Positions 11,843-24,703 are shown, counted from the first letter of the stretch. The stretch is 64,000 bases of DNA from Massalongia carnosa (GCA_965645245.1 OZ287073.1:1550001-1614000); one strand, 5' to 3'. A program made the numbers and translations. The notes: generated by a model from the sequence alone, not told the origin.

Positions 11843-13315
11843 TCATGAAACATATAATCGACTTTGTCATTTGGACGATTTTCGAAGGACAAGTCCAAGG
11901 TCTCGTTATTCGATAAGTCGCCAGGAGCCATGTCAGGGACACAGGAATGTGGTTAGGATGTATTACTATGTATATGCTTTGAACATTAAAGGAAATTGAA
12001 CCTTTATATGGTATAGTTCAGCAATGCCAGCGTTCACCATAAATAAAGATAGAAAAAGAAAGAAAAACACAAAAGACCATAAAAAAAAAGCAAAACGAAT
12101 GCAAAGACACAGAACATAAACTTACCCGGAGCAGTTCACTCTTGAAAGCTCAACGAATAAGTAACTGGTGAACACCTATCAAAAGGCGAGCAACAGTTGG
12201 TCAACGCAACCGATCAGCACCTACTACGGAGGAACTAGAAACCCGCAATGGAATTGATGACAAGGATAACTAAAGAGATTCCATCATTCCTTCTTCATCA
12301 AAGGGGCAAGACCAACCCAAAAGGGGGGGAGGGGGTTCATTGGGCTCAGACTGACCAACAAATTACCTTCCGATCATGAACGTAGAGTACAAGGAAAACC
12401 ATCCAAACAAAAATTGAATGGTAAGCAACATGCATAACCTCCTCTAAATCGCCTTCTTTCCCAACTAAACCCCAACCCCACCCCCCTCCCTCCCTCTCCC
12501 AACATTTTCATTTTCATCCCAGTGCAAAACATAGCCAAACCCCCCACCGCCCCGATTCCCTCACTACTCCATTCATTCACTCACTCACCCATACTCACCA
12601 AACTTCTCCCTTATTGTCGGCCTCCGGAAGGAAGCATATAAAGACAGCGCCGAATGGGAAGGCAAGCAAAACCACAAGATTCGGTTTTCCGGTTTAGAGT
12701 ACAACAAGCGCCCTTGTCGTGAACGGGGGAGAAGAAAAAAAATGATTTAGGAAAAAATAGAGTTGGGTGGATGGAGCATAACTACACTAGATTTTGAAAA
12801 GGATGCTACTGTAAGAAAATAGGTCCGGTGAGGTTTCTTCAGGTCTCCAAGAAACCAGATCAGCACTTGCCCGAAGTCGGGCGGGCGGGCGACAGATCGA
12901 TTACATATGTGGTGGGTAGTGTTATCTCGAGCATCTAACTGACGTCTTTTGTGAATAGCGCTTTCATCGGTGCGGGTGTTGTGAATGTCTTGATTTCAAT
13001 TGTATGATAATGGTGGAAATAGGGAGCAGCGCTATAACATTCGTAGCAGTCCTAGCAGAGTCATAGGAAATATATTGAGGGAGTGCTCTTCATAAAAGAC
13101 AAGGGTAAGGGATGGTGTACCAGCTATTTAATCACCCTGTCCAATTCATCAATTCATCCATGTCTGTCTGCGACCTTTTCTCTCTCCCCTTTCCCCCACC
13201 ATCCAACCACCGAATCTCGACCAACAACTTACTTCCTGCCTGCCATCTTCTACTTTATCTCCGGAAAAGACAAAAAAGTCCACCGGCGAGCAGAAAAGAC
13301 GGGGTTTCGAAAAGC

Positions 13316-15752
13316 TCAAGTGGTGCATACTTGGTTGACTTTGTAATGACCGCTATATTGATCCCTGTGGAGGAGTTCGAGGTTAATGATTTGAAAAAGA
13401 AGAAGAGAAAAAATCCCCCGGGGAAGAAGGTATAGAATGAGAGAGGAAATAATGACTTACCATAGGGTACCGTCGTTTTTTGTCCGCTTGCCCCCTGTGA
13501 CTCTCCATTCCACCAGATGCTCGCCTGAGGTGGTGTCAGTTCTGGTTTCAAATGAGTGAATGAAAAGGGTGGTACCTTTGGGGATGAGAAATACACGCCT
13601 AGCGAGGATCATCATTAGCATTACCCCCCCTTTCAAAAACCAACAAGGAGTGAAACTGACCAATAAGCCCCCCAAGCAAACGGATACTCTGGAACCGTGT
13701 CCTGAAACACGGCATCGTTGAGAAATTTGTCCTCTGTGAGATACACGGGGCGGTTCAACGACCCAAGGATAACTTTCCCGTCAAGGTACACCGTCCATTG
13801 GCTAGATGGGTAGACCGAATCCACAATAGTGAGGAGGGTATCGGATTCGTTCTTCACGGCGGTGGAATACGTAGTGGACCAGAACGGCTGGGTTTGTATG
13901 GGAACCGTGTTGAAGCGAGTCCATTTGGTCACCTCGGGGCCCTGGCAGGGGGTGAGGTTGCTGCACACAGAGTCGAACCTTTTTGGGATTAGTTTTGATG
14001 GTGCTAGAACAATCGGATGGTTGTTCGACCTACCTGGTTGCGTAATATAATAAAGACGTATCGCCTGCAATGCTTTCAACGCTTACGCTGCGAGTTCCTA
14101 TGGCGCGTCAGCTGAATGTAGCTAAGGTAGTTGGCGCTCAAGATAGCTTACCGGCAGGGACAAAAAAGAGCCCACGACTATTTTTTATAGTTAACCGGGT
14201 TGCTGAGCAAACGCAGATCGTGTAGATCCTCAAACGTCTCCAAATTGAGAATGGAATTCCTCACCTATGATCATCGTCTGGCAACAAGCATCTTTCGAAA
14301 GTAATACCATCTCGGCAATCAACCTTCCCTTTGGGCGGCGTCAAAGGACTGGTGACTCCAACCACTTGGTCATCCACGTAGACCCTCAGTTGAGCTTGTT
14401 CGTTCAAGGTATAGACACTGACGATGAAGAACCAAGTGTCGACTGGAAAGCGATATTCTAAAATGATAAATCAGCCATATTTCCATTAAAGCTTGGCATC
14501 ATAAGAATCGTACGGGAAGCATCCGGTTTTTTGTCTAGCTTGCCTCCGGGCACCGGCATATAGTATCGTTTTCCCGTGTTGATTACAGGATTACCCGTGT
14601 CCCAATAGTTCCAGACGCCAAGTTGCAGTCCTCTACAGGTATTGTTAAAGTAATTGTTGGGATTTGCGAACTGCGACGCTCCTCCTGGAAGCAAGGGGAG
14701 CTGATCCGTGGAAGTACCTGGCGATCCGGGTCCTTGTGGCCCTACCCCTCCAGATGGAATTGGTGATGGGGAACCTAATCCTGATGAGGTTGCTGATGAG
14801 CCGGGTGAACAGAACCCTATTGGAAGAGTACTTCCAGGGCATGATAGCGTGCAGTCTCCTATTTGTAAGGATGCCCCACTGGTACCACTCGGGATTGGGT
14901 TGGCTGACGTGGACGATGTTTGCTGATGACCTGTTGTGGGAGAGAACCGATCGTCAGTTCTCGAACTTACAACCGAAGATGCAATGGAAGAACTGGATGA
15001 GGAAGCTAAAGTTTGACTTTCTTGGGTCTGGGTTGGGGTTTTCTGAGGGGTAGATATTGTTTTATCTGTTGTTGGATGGCTTGAACCTGAGGGCATACTT
15101 TGGGTTGTAGATGTTGGGGTCTGAGTAGAAGTGTTGGGTTTTGGAGTATCTGAGGAGCTTGAGGTTTGACTGCTGACCGGAGGTACAGGCACACTCGTTG
15201 TGGGCTTTGGCGATGGTGACGGTGCTGGAGTAGATGGGGGAGGCTGACCTGTAGTTGAAGCCGGTGGGTTAACGATGCAATGAATACCATCAAAGTCATA
15301 GCCAGATTGACAGCAGGTGCCCTTTCGGGAAGTTGCATCGTAACTCCAATGCAAGCCTTGATCACAGCAAGCTCCGGTTTTAGATTCAGCATCGATCCGT
15401 AATGCCTGCCCCGTGCCACAGCAGGCGCTAACGCCAGAGTTCTGGTCTGAAGCCAGAGTGGTCCCGACAGGGCTATGCACATGAGGGTTAGATGGCTGAC
15501 AATTATATATGGAAAGGCAGCAGCTAACCAGCATTCATATTTTCCGGTATGAGGATTTAACCAATCCGGAAAGCAATCATCTTGACTGATAATCTTCTGG
15601 CATCTCACAGCCTTGCCCGAAGCATCCAGCTGGGCCTCCCAACCTGGGCCGTTGCTATCCACACATCTCTTATCCGCAACAGGGTCGGAGCTGGCAAGGA
15701 CTTGGTTCGTCCAGGAGAGAAGGCCAAGAAGCTGGATCAAACGACCAAACAT
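13316..15752 (-). CDS. Secreted protein: Cys-pair repeat N-terminus, Ser/Thr/Pro-rich linker and two beta-rich C-terminal repeats (multi-exon)
   Basis: Signal-like MFGRLIQLLGLLSWTNQVLA; ECCPVG/ACCGTG/ACCDQG/TCCQSG repeats. GT-AG introns join ORFs 15006-15767, 14458-15534 and 13633-14079. Last exon DQYSGHYKVNQVCTT*. Confidence 0.7.
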
Positions 15753-18095
15753 GATGATTCTTTCCAACTAGATGTATGAAATGAACCGAGGGATTTATTT
15801 TTCGAGAAAAGGATAATTGTATAGTTGGGGGAAAAAAGCCACTTCCGTAAGCAGGGGAGGTGATTTATATACCAAATATATGAAGAGTATTATAAAGGAG
15901 AGCCGATATAAGTCACGCACGAGAATAAAAAATTCGAAAAACCCACTTACAGCTTAGGGATTAGTACCAAGTTTTCCCTTACCACCAAAAGTACCAGTCG
16001 TAGTGGAGAAATCCACAGACTAACCTTGCATCGCAATCGTCCCCCTAAGCTCCGCATATTTTCTCTTGCTCATTATTCTCACTAGTTATGACCGTTAAAT
16101 ATCAAAGTGATAGTGTCGGAACCTTTCTTTGCACGTTTTGTCCACTCTGTAGACACACTCCTCTTGCTTTCATCAAGCTGGCAACGCCTGGGCTTGAAAT
16201 CTTCTGGCAAGTATTACCATTTCTGGAAAAGCCATGAGGCATTTGAGAGGAGGCTGGCTGAGCATCTATGCAACAATGAACAATGGGTAGCTTGGCAATG
16301 CTTATGCTTCGACTGATGACTAGTTTTAGTATGAGGAAGCATGAGGTGTTGTTCAAGGCCTTGTGCATGACGCAAAGGATGAGAAATGTCATTGATCTGC
16401 TTAGTTGATAGTACGCTATATTATACCACTGCATGTATGTTGAATTGATAATTGGGCCGATTCATGATCTTGGTTTTTTGCTTAGCGGGACGAACCGTGA
16501 GGGGAAGGTCTAAAACCTATCACAGTCTTTAGAAAACTGATTTTTCATATTTCACCAACATTTATGCGTGAAGATTGATGAGCCGTGGCGATAAATAAAT
16601 AAAGTATGTTGATATAGGGTAACGTTTGTGATGCAGAAGCAGGACTGACGTGTAGCACAAGCTTTTTTGTTCTGTAAATACACTCATTGGATACTACGCG
16701 ACTCTCGCAGTTCGGACCGACCGCCTCACATTGCTTATTCTCAACAAGACAGCGAAAAGCATGAAAGATGGTCGTTAACGCCATTTTCATTAGCTGCATG
16801 CAAAGCTATATCTTAACGGATGTTACATTGATTTAAAATACCTATACAGTACCTCTTACGATTTGACCCTGTAGGTAAACTAGGTATACCGTAAAAATTT
16901 AAATGCGTTGTGGGTGCGTCTACCATAGCGAAACTTTTTCCTCACCAAAATCACCGGATTTTCTGTCATAAACAGTAGCGTTTTTTTAGTTAATTTCATG
17001 GTTTTTTGAACTTCAATAATTAAATCAATAATCTGCCATTCTGCCTTCATCATCAATCACTGCTTGCAAACTTTTAGGCATTAAATCACGATGATTTTGG
17101 TGGGGGGAAAATTTTGGTGTAAATTTAATTTTGTCACCTGCGTGCATGGCACTGTGGAGGGGCAGTATTAAGCATGCGATATCACGGGAATGTCCTAAAT
17201 ATGCCCATCGGAGAACATAAAGCTTCGCTGATTCATTACAGTCTTTCATCCGCCTAAACCCTTTTTGATAAAAATTCCTAACCATTCATGATAACAGGTA
17301 CGGCACAAGCCTGGGGCCTGCTTTGCATATAATTCGCCTAATCGTAAACCGATAAGATGACAAGCTCCTGAGCTGAAAAGTCGACGGGCTCCTGTCTCAA
17401 ACACATGCTGTAGAGTGTTGGGCTGGAAGAGCGGTCAAAGCGGTCCTGCTGACAATATATTCTATCCGATGTGGCATTCAGGGCTTCTATTGAGAAAAGC
17501 CTGTCAATGTTGGAAGGAGAAAGTATGGATAATGGCAGATTGAATGGTCTTTGCATCAAAAGCGCAAGCAAGGACGAAGTCCTGAGGGTAAGAGCGAATG
17601 GTTTCTGAATGACGGTCCGAACGGAGCCTAAATTGGCTTGGAGCAATATAGGTCTTCTTTGTGGAGCAACCCAACTTGCAGGAGAATTAAGCGCGTGATC
17701 TGCGAATGTGCGCCTTGCATGTGTTCGAAATCACGGAAAGTCTTGACTCCATATGTTGGATGAAATCGTAAATAGCCGTCACGAAGCGCTGAGTTCTCCT
17801 TCTGTATGTTTTCGTCAAGAACGACGCTACTGCAATAGCCTCATATGTGCCTTATCATCCTGGGACATCATGTGCGATGAGGAGTTAAGGAACCATAGAA
17901 GAAAGCTGGAGCACAGCGCACTCGAGCTGATATGCGATGCGAGAATCATCACCGGGAATCCAAACGGTCTCCATCGACTTGATTCCGTTCCTGTCGGTTT
18001 TGAGTGATGGATTGAGGCGACTTGGCATGAATCATATGTTTGAAGCACTAGGTCAGAAAACATATTGGAAGTGAAGCTCATAGATCGAGTACCAC

Positions 18096-18346
18096 AGTAG
18101 ATTCGGGACAGACCCCACTGGCAGACCCCTCGTAAAGTTCTACTGCTTATTAGGACTAGCTTAAGCCTCACCCTCACACTAAATTAATAGTCCATCTATT
18201 AATGACTGGGTATATGAAGCTTGCGGGGGGACGTTGCATTAGCAGATGGACTGTTAATTTAGTGTGAGGGTGAGGCTTAAGCTAGTCCTAATAAGCAGTA
18301 GAACTTTACGAGGGGTCTGCCAGATGGGGTCTGTCCCGAATCTACT
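18096..18346. repeat. Long inverted repeat / foldback element (~110-bp arms, ~30-nt loop)
   Basis: AGTAGATTCGGGACAGACCCCA...CTATTAATG is the reverse complement of CATTAGCAG...GTCCCGAATCTACT, with three substitutions and one indel. Confidence 0.92.
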
Positions 18347-18606
18347 CGCTCATACTGTGTAGATACTGAGGACAGCAGATAGATCCGATATGTAGCAAAT
18401 ACTACGCTCGACCATATCATTATATATCTCTAGGGAGCCTTCTCATCCTCTCCGGCTGTTGTGCGCGTATATCCGAAAGCTGATTCCATCCTTGAGGAAG
18501 TCAACATTCCGACCCAAAGGGAACAGTTACGAAGAAATAAAAGTACTTAATTGTGGCCTATCAACGTGTGTTGCTTTATTAGATCACAACAAGGTGTTGT
18601 GCCAAG

Positions 18607-19410
18607 TACGAGGTTAGCTCGAAAAGTATTGACGGATTTTCACTTATTTTACAACTTTCCCCTCATCTTCTCTGCATCATCATTATGAATCATCCCCCCC
18701 ATCGAACCAATTGTGAATGAGAAACTTCCATACGTCAGCGAGTACTAGATTTATATCATGACAATCATATGGCAGCTGCTCAGATTTTTAGAACAACTGA
18801 TGTATCCACATCAACTGTACGAAGATGAATTGAGTCTGAAGAGCCTCGACACGATACACATTCTCGCTTAGGACGATCTATCAAACTCAGTTTCAAAGAC
18901 GTGCGATATCTTGTACGTGCAGTGACGAGTTCTAAAGATGATAGGCAAGCATTCTACATGAAGATTGTCAGAGATCTTGAAATTCAAGCTTTCGTATCGA
19001 TTATTCGTTTAGCACTTCGAAAAGCGGGCTTTCTGTCACGGAGTGACGAAGCATGTGTCAGCTGACAAGCTGACGTTAGATGAACGGCTAGCTACTTAGC
19101 TGACCATAGCTGAGGTCTGAACGGAACGGGAAGAACTAGTCTTCCGAGGGCGCCAAGCGCAGTCATGAGGTAATGGCAATGCGGAAGTGCATGCTGAAAG
19201 TCAGGCGATGTCCGAAGGTGGACTAGCTCAGTTATCAGGAGTTATAGGCGTGTCTATTCGTTCTTCTGTTTCCTTTCCTTTCTCGTCGAACGTCTTGTCC
19301 ACCTAGCCAGACAATCAAGTAATACGTTTGCACCACCTAAATTACCTACTTGATCTCGCACCGTGACACTTTCGTCGCTGTGTGATCTGTTTCAAGTTTT
19401 CCAATTTTTT
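18607..19410 (+). mobile_element. Truncated Tc1/mariner remnant (N-terminal HTH only), interrupted by a solo LTR
   Basis: TIR-like TA|CGAGGTTAGCTCGAAAAGTATTGA. Decayed GRSIKLSFKDVRYLVRAV...IIRLALRKAGF|RRCVIC reads through once the LTR is removed. Confidence 0.7.
19034..19368. mobile_element. Solo LTR (335 bp)
   Basis: TGTCACGG...CCGTGACA ends with a perfect 5-bp TSD CTTTC (19029-19033 and 19369-19373). Confidence 0.92.
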
Positions 19411-19706
19411 GAATTAATCGTCGCAAACGTGTTACAGCGGTACTCAGTACTGCTAACCAGCGGGCGCAATACATTAACTAGGTACGGTGACGTACCGGGC
19501 ACGGGGCACCTATATGTGGTGTAATAAGCGGTAGTGTCTCCATAGGAGAACTATATACGTTGGCTCAGCGGCTTAGGTGACTTCTTACCACCCCGGTTAC
19601 ACGAACGCAAGGAACAAGGTTGGGTGACATTGGTCCGTGCCCCCCCCTATAATTTCGAAAAACTGCCTCTTCCACCACCACTTTTCATTAACTATTCATC
19701 AATCAC

Positions 19707-21323
19707 ATGGCCATTACACGCAGTTCTCGAAGTACTCGTAAACGATGTGGTTATCATGATTTAGAATGGGATACACCAACCAAAAATCAGTGCTACGGTC
19801 GCATGGATGCAGGACAGTCACTGCATAAAATTCATGCTGCCACAAGGGTGCATCGGGACACTCCGCAAATGGCGAAAACAGCGCGATGTTGGACACACAG
19901 TCAGGAGAAAAGGTGCTGAACGGACTGGAAATGCACGAAATGTCTCCGATTGGGAAATCAAAAAGGTGCTCAATTGGGTGCTTAAGGAGAAATATCCCGG
20001 GAGACGTTTGTCATTTGCTCATTTATGCAAACGTCACAATTTATCAATTCATCCTCGAACTCTTGCACGACATTTAGCTCAGTTGGGTTATCGCAAATGC
20101 ACAGCATGTCCGAAAACTTTGATTAATGAAAAGAATCGAAAAATTCGACTCGTTTTCTCTATAAAGTTCGAGAACTGGACGCATGCTTGGAAACGAGTTC
20201 GATTCAGTGATGAGAGCACGTTTTACACGGGCAAACAAAAGAAGGATCAAATTCTTCGCAAGACAGGTGAACGGTACTGTCTTGCTTGCATTCAGACACC
20301 TTTTCGGAGTGGTAAAACGTCTTTTTCAGTATAGGCAATGATGGGATAGGGATATAAATCAAAATTGATGTTTTTGCAGAATCTTCCGGAGGAAGACTAT
20401 ACAAAACAGGTGCTACTACCGGTTGTTTCTCCGTACTTTCAGGAAAGTAATTATATTTCTCCTTATTAACGCACCGAGCATTCTCTTCATGCCCGAGAGT
20501 TCGGTGAAATTCTCTTTCAGGAGGATGGAAATCGAGCTCATGGTTTGGGGTTTGGAAAGCGAAATCTTTCACAACTGAAAGATTTATTCAGAATTCCATT
20601 GTTTAACGATGGTGCATGGCCTCCATGTCACGAAATCAGGTCGAGGGCAAGGGCAAAGGCAAGGTGGGTTGATGGTCAAGCTTATTGATTGAGTCTATAG
20701 CTATGAATCTAGGCTAGGCTAGGTTGGCTATTCAAGACGTTCGACAAAGAATCAGAACTTCCATGATTCGACTTCTTTCTTATATCTTTGTCCTCCCATA
20801 TTCATCTTTCTAGGGTGGCGGCGAATGATGTCTAGTCAGTGCGATGATGAATGAGGGGCATTATAGCGGCAATAAGCACGATGGGGTCAGCGAGGAGACG
20901 GGAGATGTCAAACATCAATGCGAAGCTATTAGACATGATAATAGTCGAAAGACGGGAATAAATCATCAATGCGAGGCTGATTAATGATCAGTAATCGGCG
21001 AATTCGAAGAATGATATGAGGGTCCCGAAGGCATGGCACGACGTCCGTGAGTAGTCATCAGATCAAGGCACGTGATAGAGGCACGTGGTGAGGTCGGAGG
21101 CATTTCATGACACTACATGCTCACCAGATTTCAACATAATCGAGAATGTTTGGAGGATAATCAAAAAACGAATCGGAAGTTATGAAAAGACTATCACCAC
21201 TCTGGATGACATGAAGAAGGCCGTGCAGTACGAATAGAACGAGGTAAAACAGGAGGAAATTGACAATCTGGTGGCTACAATGCCTTCTCGTATAAAGCAA
21301 TGTAAAGACAGAGAAGGTAACGC
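19707..21323 (+). mobile_element. Degenerate Tc1-like DDE transposase, interrupted by a solo LTR and cut at the 3' end by the gypsy LTR
   Basis: VRFSDESTF, FQEDGNRAH, WPP|CSPDFNIIENVW, LVATMPSRIKQC. Trp codons mutated to TAG. Confidence 0.9.
20626..21112. mobile_element. Solo LTR (487 bp) inside the Tc1 catalytic domain
   Basis: TGTCACGAAAT...ATTTCATGACA ends; TSD CTCCA/CTACA (one mismatch). Removing it restores WPPCSPD. Confidence 0.88.
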
Positions 21324-21542
21324 TGTTACGATCCGCCTTCGGCATGTCATGGTGCGAATAAAGGAAAGGTAGTCACAAGAAGGTTGACTAAGCGATACCC
21401 CCGACATTTAGCGTCGCGGGAGGTAACGCATTGGGTTTAGCGGGAAGCTAACCTCATCAAGGTTAGTAAAGGGTTCAAGGAGTTATAAAAAAATCTCTGC
21501 AGCAATTGCTGCTTTCTTCTTTGTGTTCGTCTTGTTAGCATA

Positions 21543-23340
21543 ACATCTTAGCCACCCATTCGGGCCAGCCACCCAATCGGGCCACCCCTCGAAATTAATC
21601 TTTTCCTTCCAATCCACCACCATCACTCCTTTATCGATAAACTATATATAAAATGCCTAAAAACATACCCGTACATGACTGCTACTAGATTACAGTTGGC
21701 TATTGAAGAAATACGCAAAAACCCGGGCATTTCGCTGCGGGAGATAGCGCGCATTTACGGAGTTCCCCGATCGACCTTACAGGCCCGTCTTGGAGGCAGA
21801 CGGGACGCAAAAACCTCTCATGAGGCCACTCAAAGACTATCAGTAGAAGAAGAACAGGGCTTGATCACGTGGATAGATCGGATGACTGCATGGGGTTGGC
21901 CACCTAGTATTCAACACCTTGAGGGCATGACCAAAAGTCTGCTGAAAGCAAAAGGGAACTCAAAACCCCTAGGACATCATTGGTATAAAAATTTCATGAA
22001 TAGACATCTCCAATTCAGAACTAAATTTAAAAGAAACTTGGATCAATCCAGAAAAGACGCAAGTCATCCCAAAATCCTGAAGGAATGATTTGAACTGTAC
22101 ATGACCACCCGAGCAAAGTATGGAGTCGCAGATGAAGATATTTACAATATGAATGAAAAGGATTTTGCCATGAGCATTGCGGATAGTTCTAAAGTGATAG
22201 TCAAGAGGGAAACAATCTCATTCAATGTGCATCCAGGAAATAGGGACTGGGTTTCTTTAATCGAATGCATATCCTCTTGCGGAACAGTTCTCCCTTTCTA
22301 TATCATTTTCCAGGGTAATCAGGTTCAAAAAGATTGGTTAGAGATCATTGCTGATCCTTTGACCACTCTGCAAGTCAGCCCTAATGGTTGGACGGATGCA
22401 GAGATAGGTTTTCATTGATTAGAACATGTCGTCCATCCGCAGACAAAACGCACACAGGAGATTTATAGAATGTTGATTGTGGATGGTCATGAAAGTCATA
22501 TATCCATGAACTTTATTAAGTTCTGCGACCAGGAGAAAATCATAGCCCTTTGTTTGCCACCTCATTCTACTCATCTATTGCAGCCATTAGATGTGAGTGT
22601 TTTTAGCCCGCTATCTAAGGCTTATAAGACGCTTGTTTCTGCGCGGTCTCGTTACGGGGCCGTAAATGTCTCGAAATTGGAGTTCCTACACCTTATTCAG
22701 GAGGCTAGAGAGCAAGCTATGACGTTAATCAATATCATGAATGCATGGCGGGGATAGGTCTTATTCCATACAATCCCGAGCATGTTTTAGGCAAATTGCC
22801 TAGATTTATCATTCCTTCACCTCGCGACATCGTCATCACTATCTTCACAACGAACAAACGCATTCAGGTAGCTAGCGATGCTTTGTTAACTCGTGTAACT
22901 TCATCTCTCCGCGCGCATGTTGAATTGCTTCAAACAACCGCATTGAATGCCGTGGCTGATAGAGTTATTCTACGGCATATCAATCAAGAATTAGTTGAAA
23001 AACAGGCTCAGCGACGCCAAAAGGCGTCTAGAAAGGGGTGTGATAAAGCGAGGGTGCTAACTGTGGGTGAGGGGCTGGCTAAGATCGAAGAGAAACAGCA
23101 AAAAGAGGAGGCATTAGCCAGAGAAAAGGAGCGAAATCATGCTTTAAATGGTAAAGTGAAGTTCGCAAAGGCCGTCTGGAAAGAAATGCGTATGGATAGT
23201 GATATTTTTAGTTAATTTTGGGGATGGTAGAAGCATCATGGTGATGTTGTTTTCCTTTTGGTGGAGGGGGATAATTGGCCAGGATATTTTTGATGGGGTG
23301 GCCCGATTGGGTGGCTGGCCCGAATGGGTGGCTAATACGT
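21543..23340 (+). mobile_element. Full-length but mutated pogo/Fot1 transposon inserted at a TA in the gypsy 5' LTR
   Basis: TIRs ACATCTTAGCCACCCATTCGGGCCAGCCACCCAATCGGGCCACCCC and GGGGTGGCCCGATTGGGTGGCTGGCCCGAATGGGTGGCTAATACGT, with TA at 21541-42 and 23341-42. Transposase motifs LIVDGHESH and LPPHSTHLLQPLDV. Confidence 0.95.
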
Positions 23341-23473
23341 TAGCTATTAGCTAGCCATCAAGACCATCATCACCACCACTTGGGTAGGCCTTCTATTGCC
23401 CACGCGTTACATTACGAACACCACTCCCATACCTCAAGTGGTCCTTCGTCCCCAAGTCCTTCTCCCGAAAGGG

Positions 23474-24703
23474 ATGGCCTTCAGCTCCTCCGCCGAGGCA
23501 TCCACCCCTCTCTCCGAAGGCCAGACCTTCGATCTTCCCCCTCCGGACTTCAAAAACGAAGCCTCTCTTGCCCCTCACGTCATCACGCCTGATGCCTGGA
23601 ACCACTCGATCCAGAAATTTCCCCGCGAGTGGTACAATTTTTCTATTCAAGCTGCCAATCAGATCACGTCCCTCTTGAGCTCCCTGGACATAAGAACGAG
23701 TCAGTGCGAGTCTTTAGAATCGGAGCGTGATCAAATCCGCCGTCAGCTGCGTGACTCCAATGACGAGCTGATCGTGGCTCGAGCCTTGATCATCACCCTT
23801 CGCGGACACCCATCCCCCATCGGCCACGCAGACTCCCGATCGGAGAGACTCCCGGACATTCCCAAGTTCTCGGGAAAGAAGGAGGATTTACGTTCCTGGA
23901 CAACCCAACTGCACTTGAAACTTTTCGTCAATAAAGACCGCTTCACCGGAGAAAAATCAGGACTCATCTATGCTATCAGCCGATTGGAGGGGCGTGCGCT
24001 CTCCCAGGTACAACCCTATGTCAAGTCACAGCACGAGATCTCTCTGCCGGATGTACCGTCCCTCCTGGTGCTGTTGGAACGTGCGTTCGGGGACCCTGAC
24101 CGAAAGGCCACCGCGCAGCGTGAGCTGCGTGCCCTTCGTCAGGCAAATCGAGAGTTCCAAGTGTACTTAGCAGATTTCCAACGCATCGCCCCGGACACCA
24201 ATTTTGATGAGGAAGCTCAACGCGCTGCCCTGCAACAAGGTATCAGCGAAGAACTTCAACAGCTAATGGTAACGCAGCAGGTCCCGGAGGACCTCAACGA
24301 GCTGATCTCGTTACTGCAACGGCTAGATACTCGCCAGCGCAATGTCAATGCCCTGCTCCGGAAGCCCTACTCGCCCCGGTCCGCCCCATCTTCTTCTGAT
24401 GCGGGGACCACACTTCGTAACCCTCCGTCTGGGGGGGTTGCCCTACCCCGAACCGTCTCCCCCGCCGCCGCCGCTCCCGCCTCGCCTCCAGACGCCATGG
24501 ACCTCTCCGCCTTCTCTCGAGGCAAGTTGCCCTCGGCGGAAGTAACTCGTCGTATGAGCGAGGGGCTGTGCCGTTACTGCGGGGAGTCCGGGCACTTTGC
24601 GGCCAACTGTCCCAAACTGGCACGAGGGGGGAAACCCAAGCCGTCACGACTCAACGAGTCTACCCTTGCGGAGTCGACGGAAAACGCTGTGTCTTCGAGC
24701 TAA
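23474..24703 (+). CDS. Gypsy Gag (open reading frame intact)
   Basis: PKFSG...W, LRQ...YLADF, DAMDLS and CCHC zinc knuckle; first ATG at 23474. Confidence 0.9.
   Translation: MAFSSSAEASTPLSEGQTFDLPPPDFKNEASLAPHVITPDAWNHSIQKFPREWYNFSIQAANQITSLLSSLDIRTSQCESLESERDQIRRQLRDSNDELIVARALIITLRGHPSPIGHADSRSERLPDIPKFSGKKEDLRSWTTQLHLKLFVNKDRFTGEKSGLIYAISRLEGRALSQVQPYVKSQHEISLPDVPSLLVLLERAFGDPDRKATAQRELRALRQANREFQVYLADFQRIAPDTNFDEEAQRAALQQGISEELQQLMVTQQVPEDLNELISLLQRLDTRQRNVNALLRKPYSPRSAPSSSDAGTTLRNPPSGGVALPRTVSPAAAAPASPPDAMDLSAFSRGKLPSAEVTRRMSEGLCRYCGESGHFAANCPKLARGGKPKPSRLNESTLAESTENAVSSS

Noticed and set aside
14458..14460. Apparent stop in the secreted protein suggesting readthrough
   Set aside because: The TAG is the acceptor of a GT-AG intron, and splicing restores the frame.
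16000..18090. Several short ORFs on both strands
   Set aside because: No recognisable motifs and no consistent spliced frame; possibly a decayed gene, but unsupported.
19430..19629. Possible short solo LTR (TGTTACA...GTTACA or GTGACA)
   Set aside because: No target-site duplication at either candidate end.
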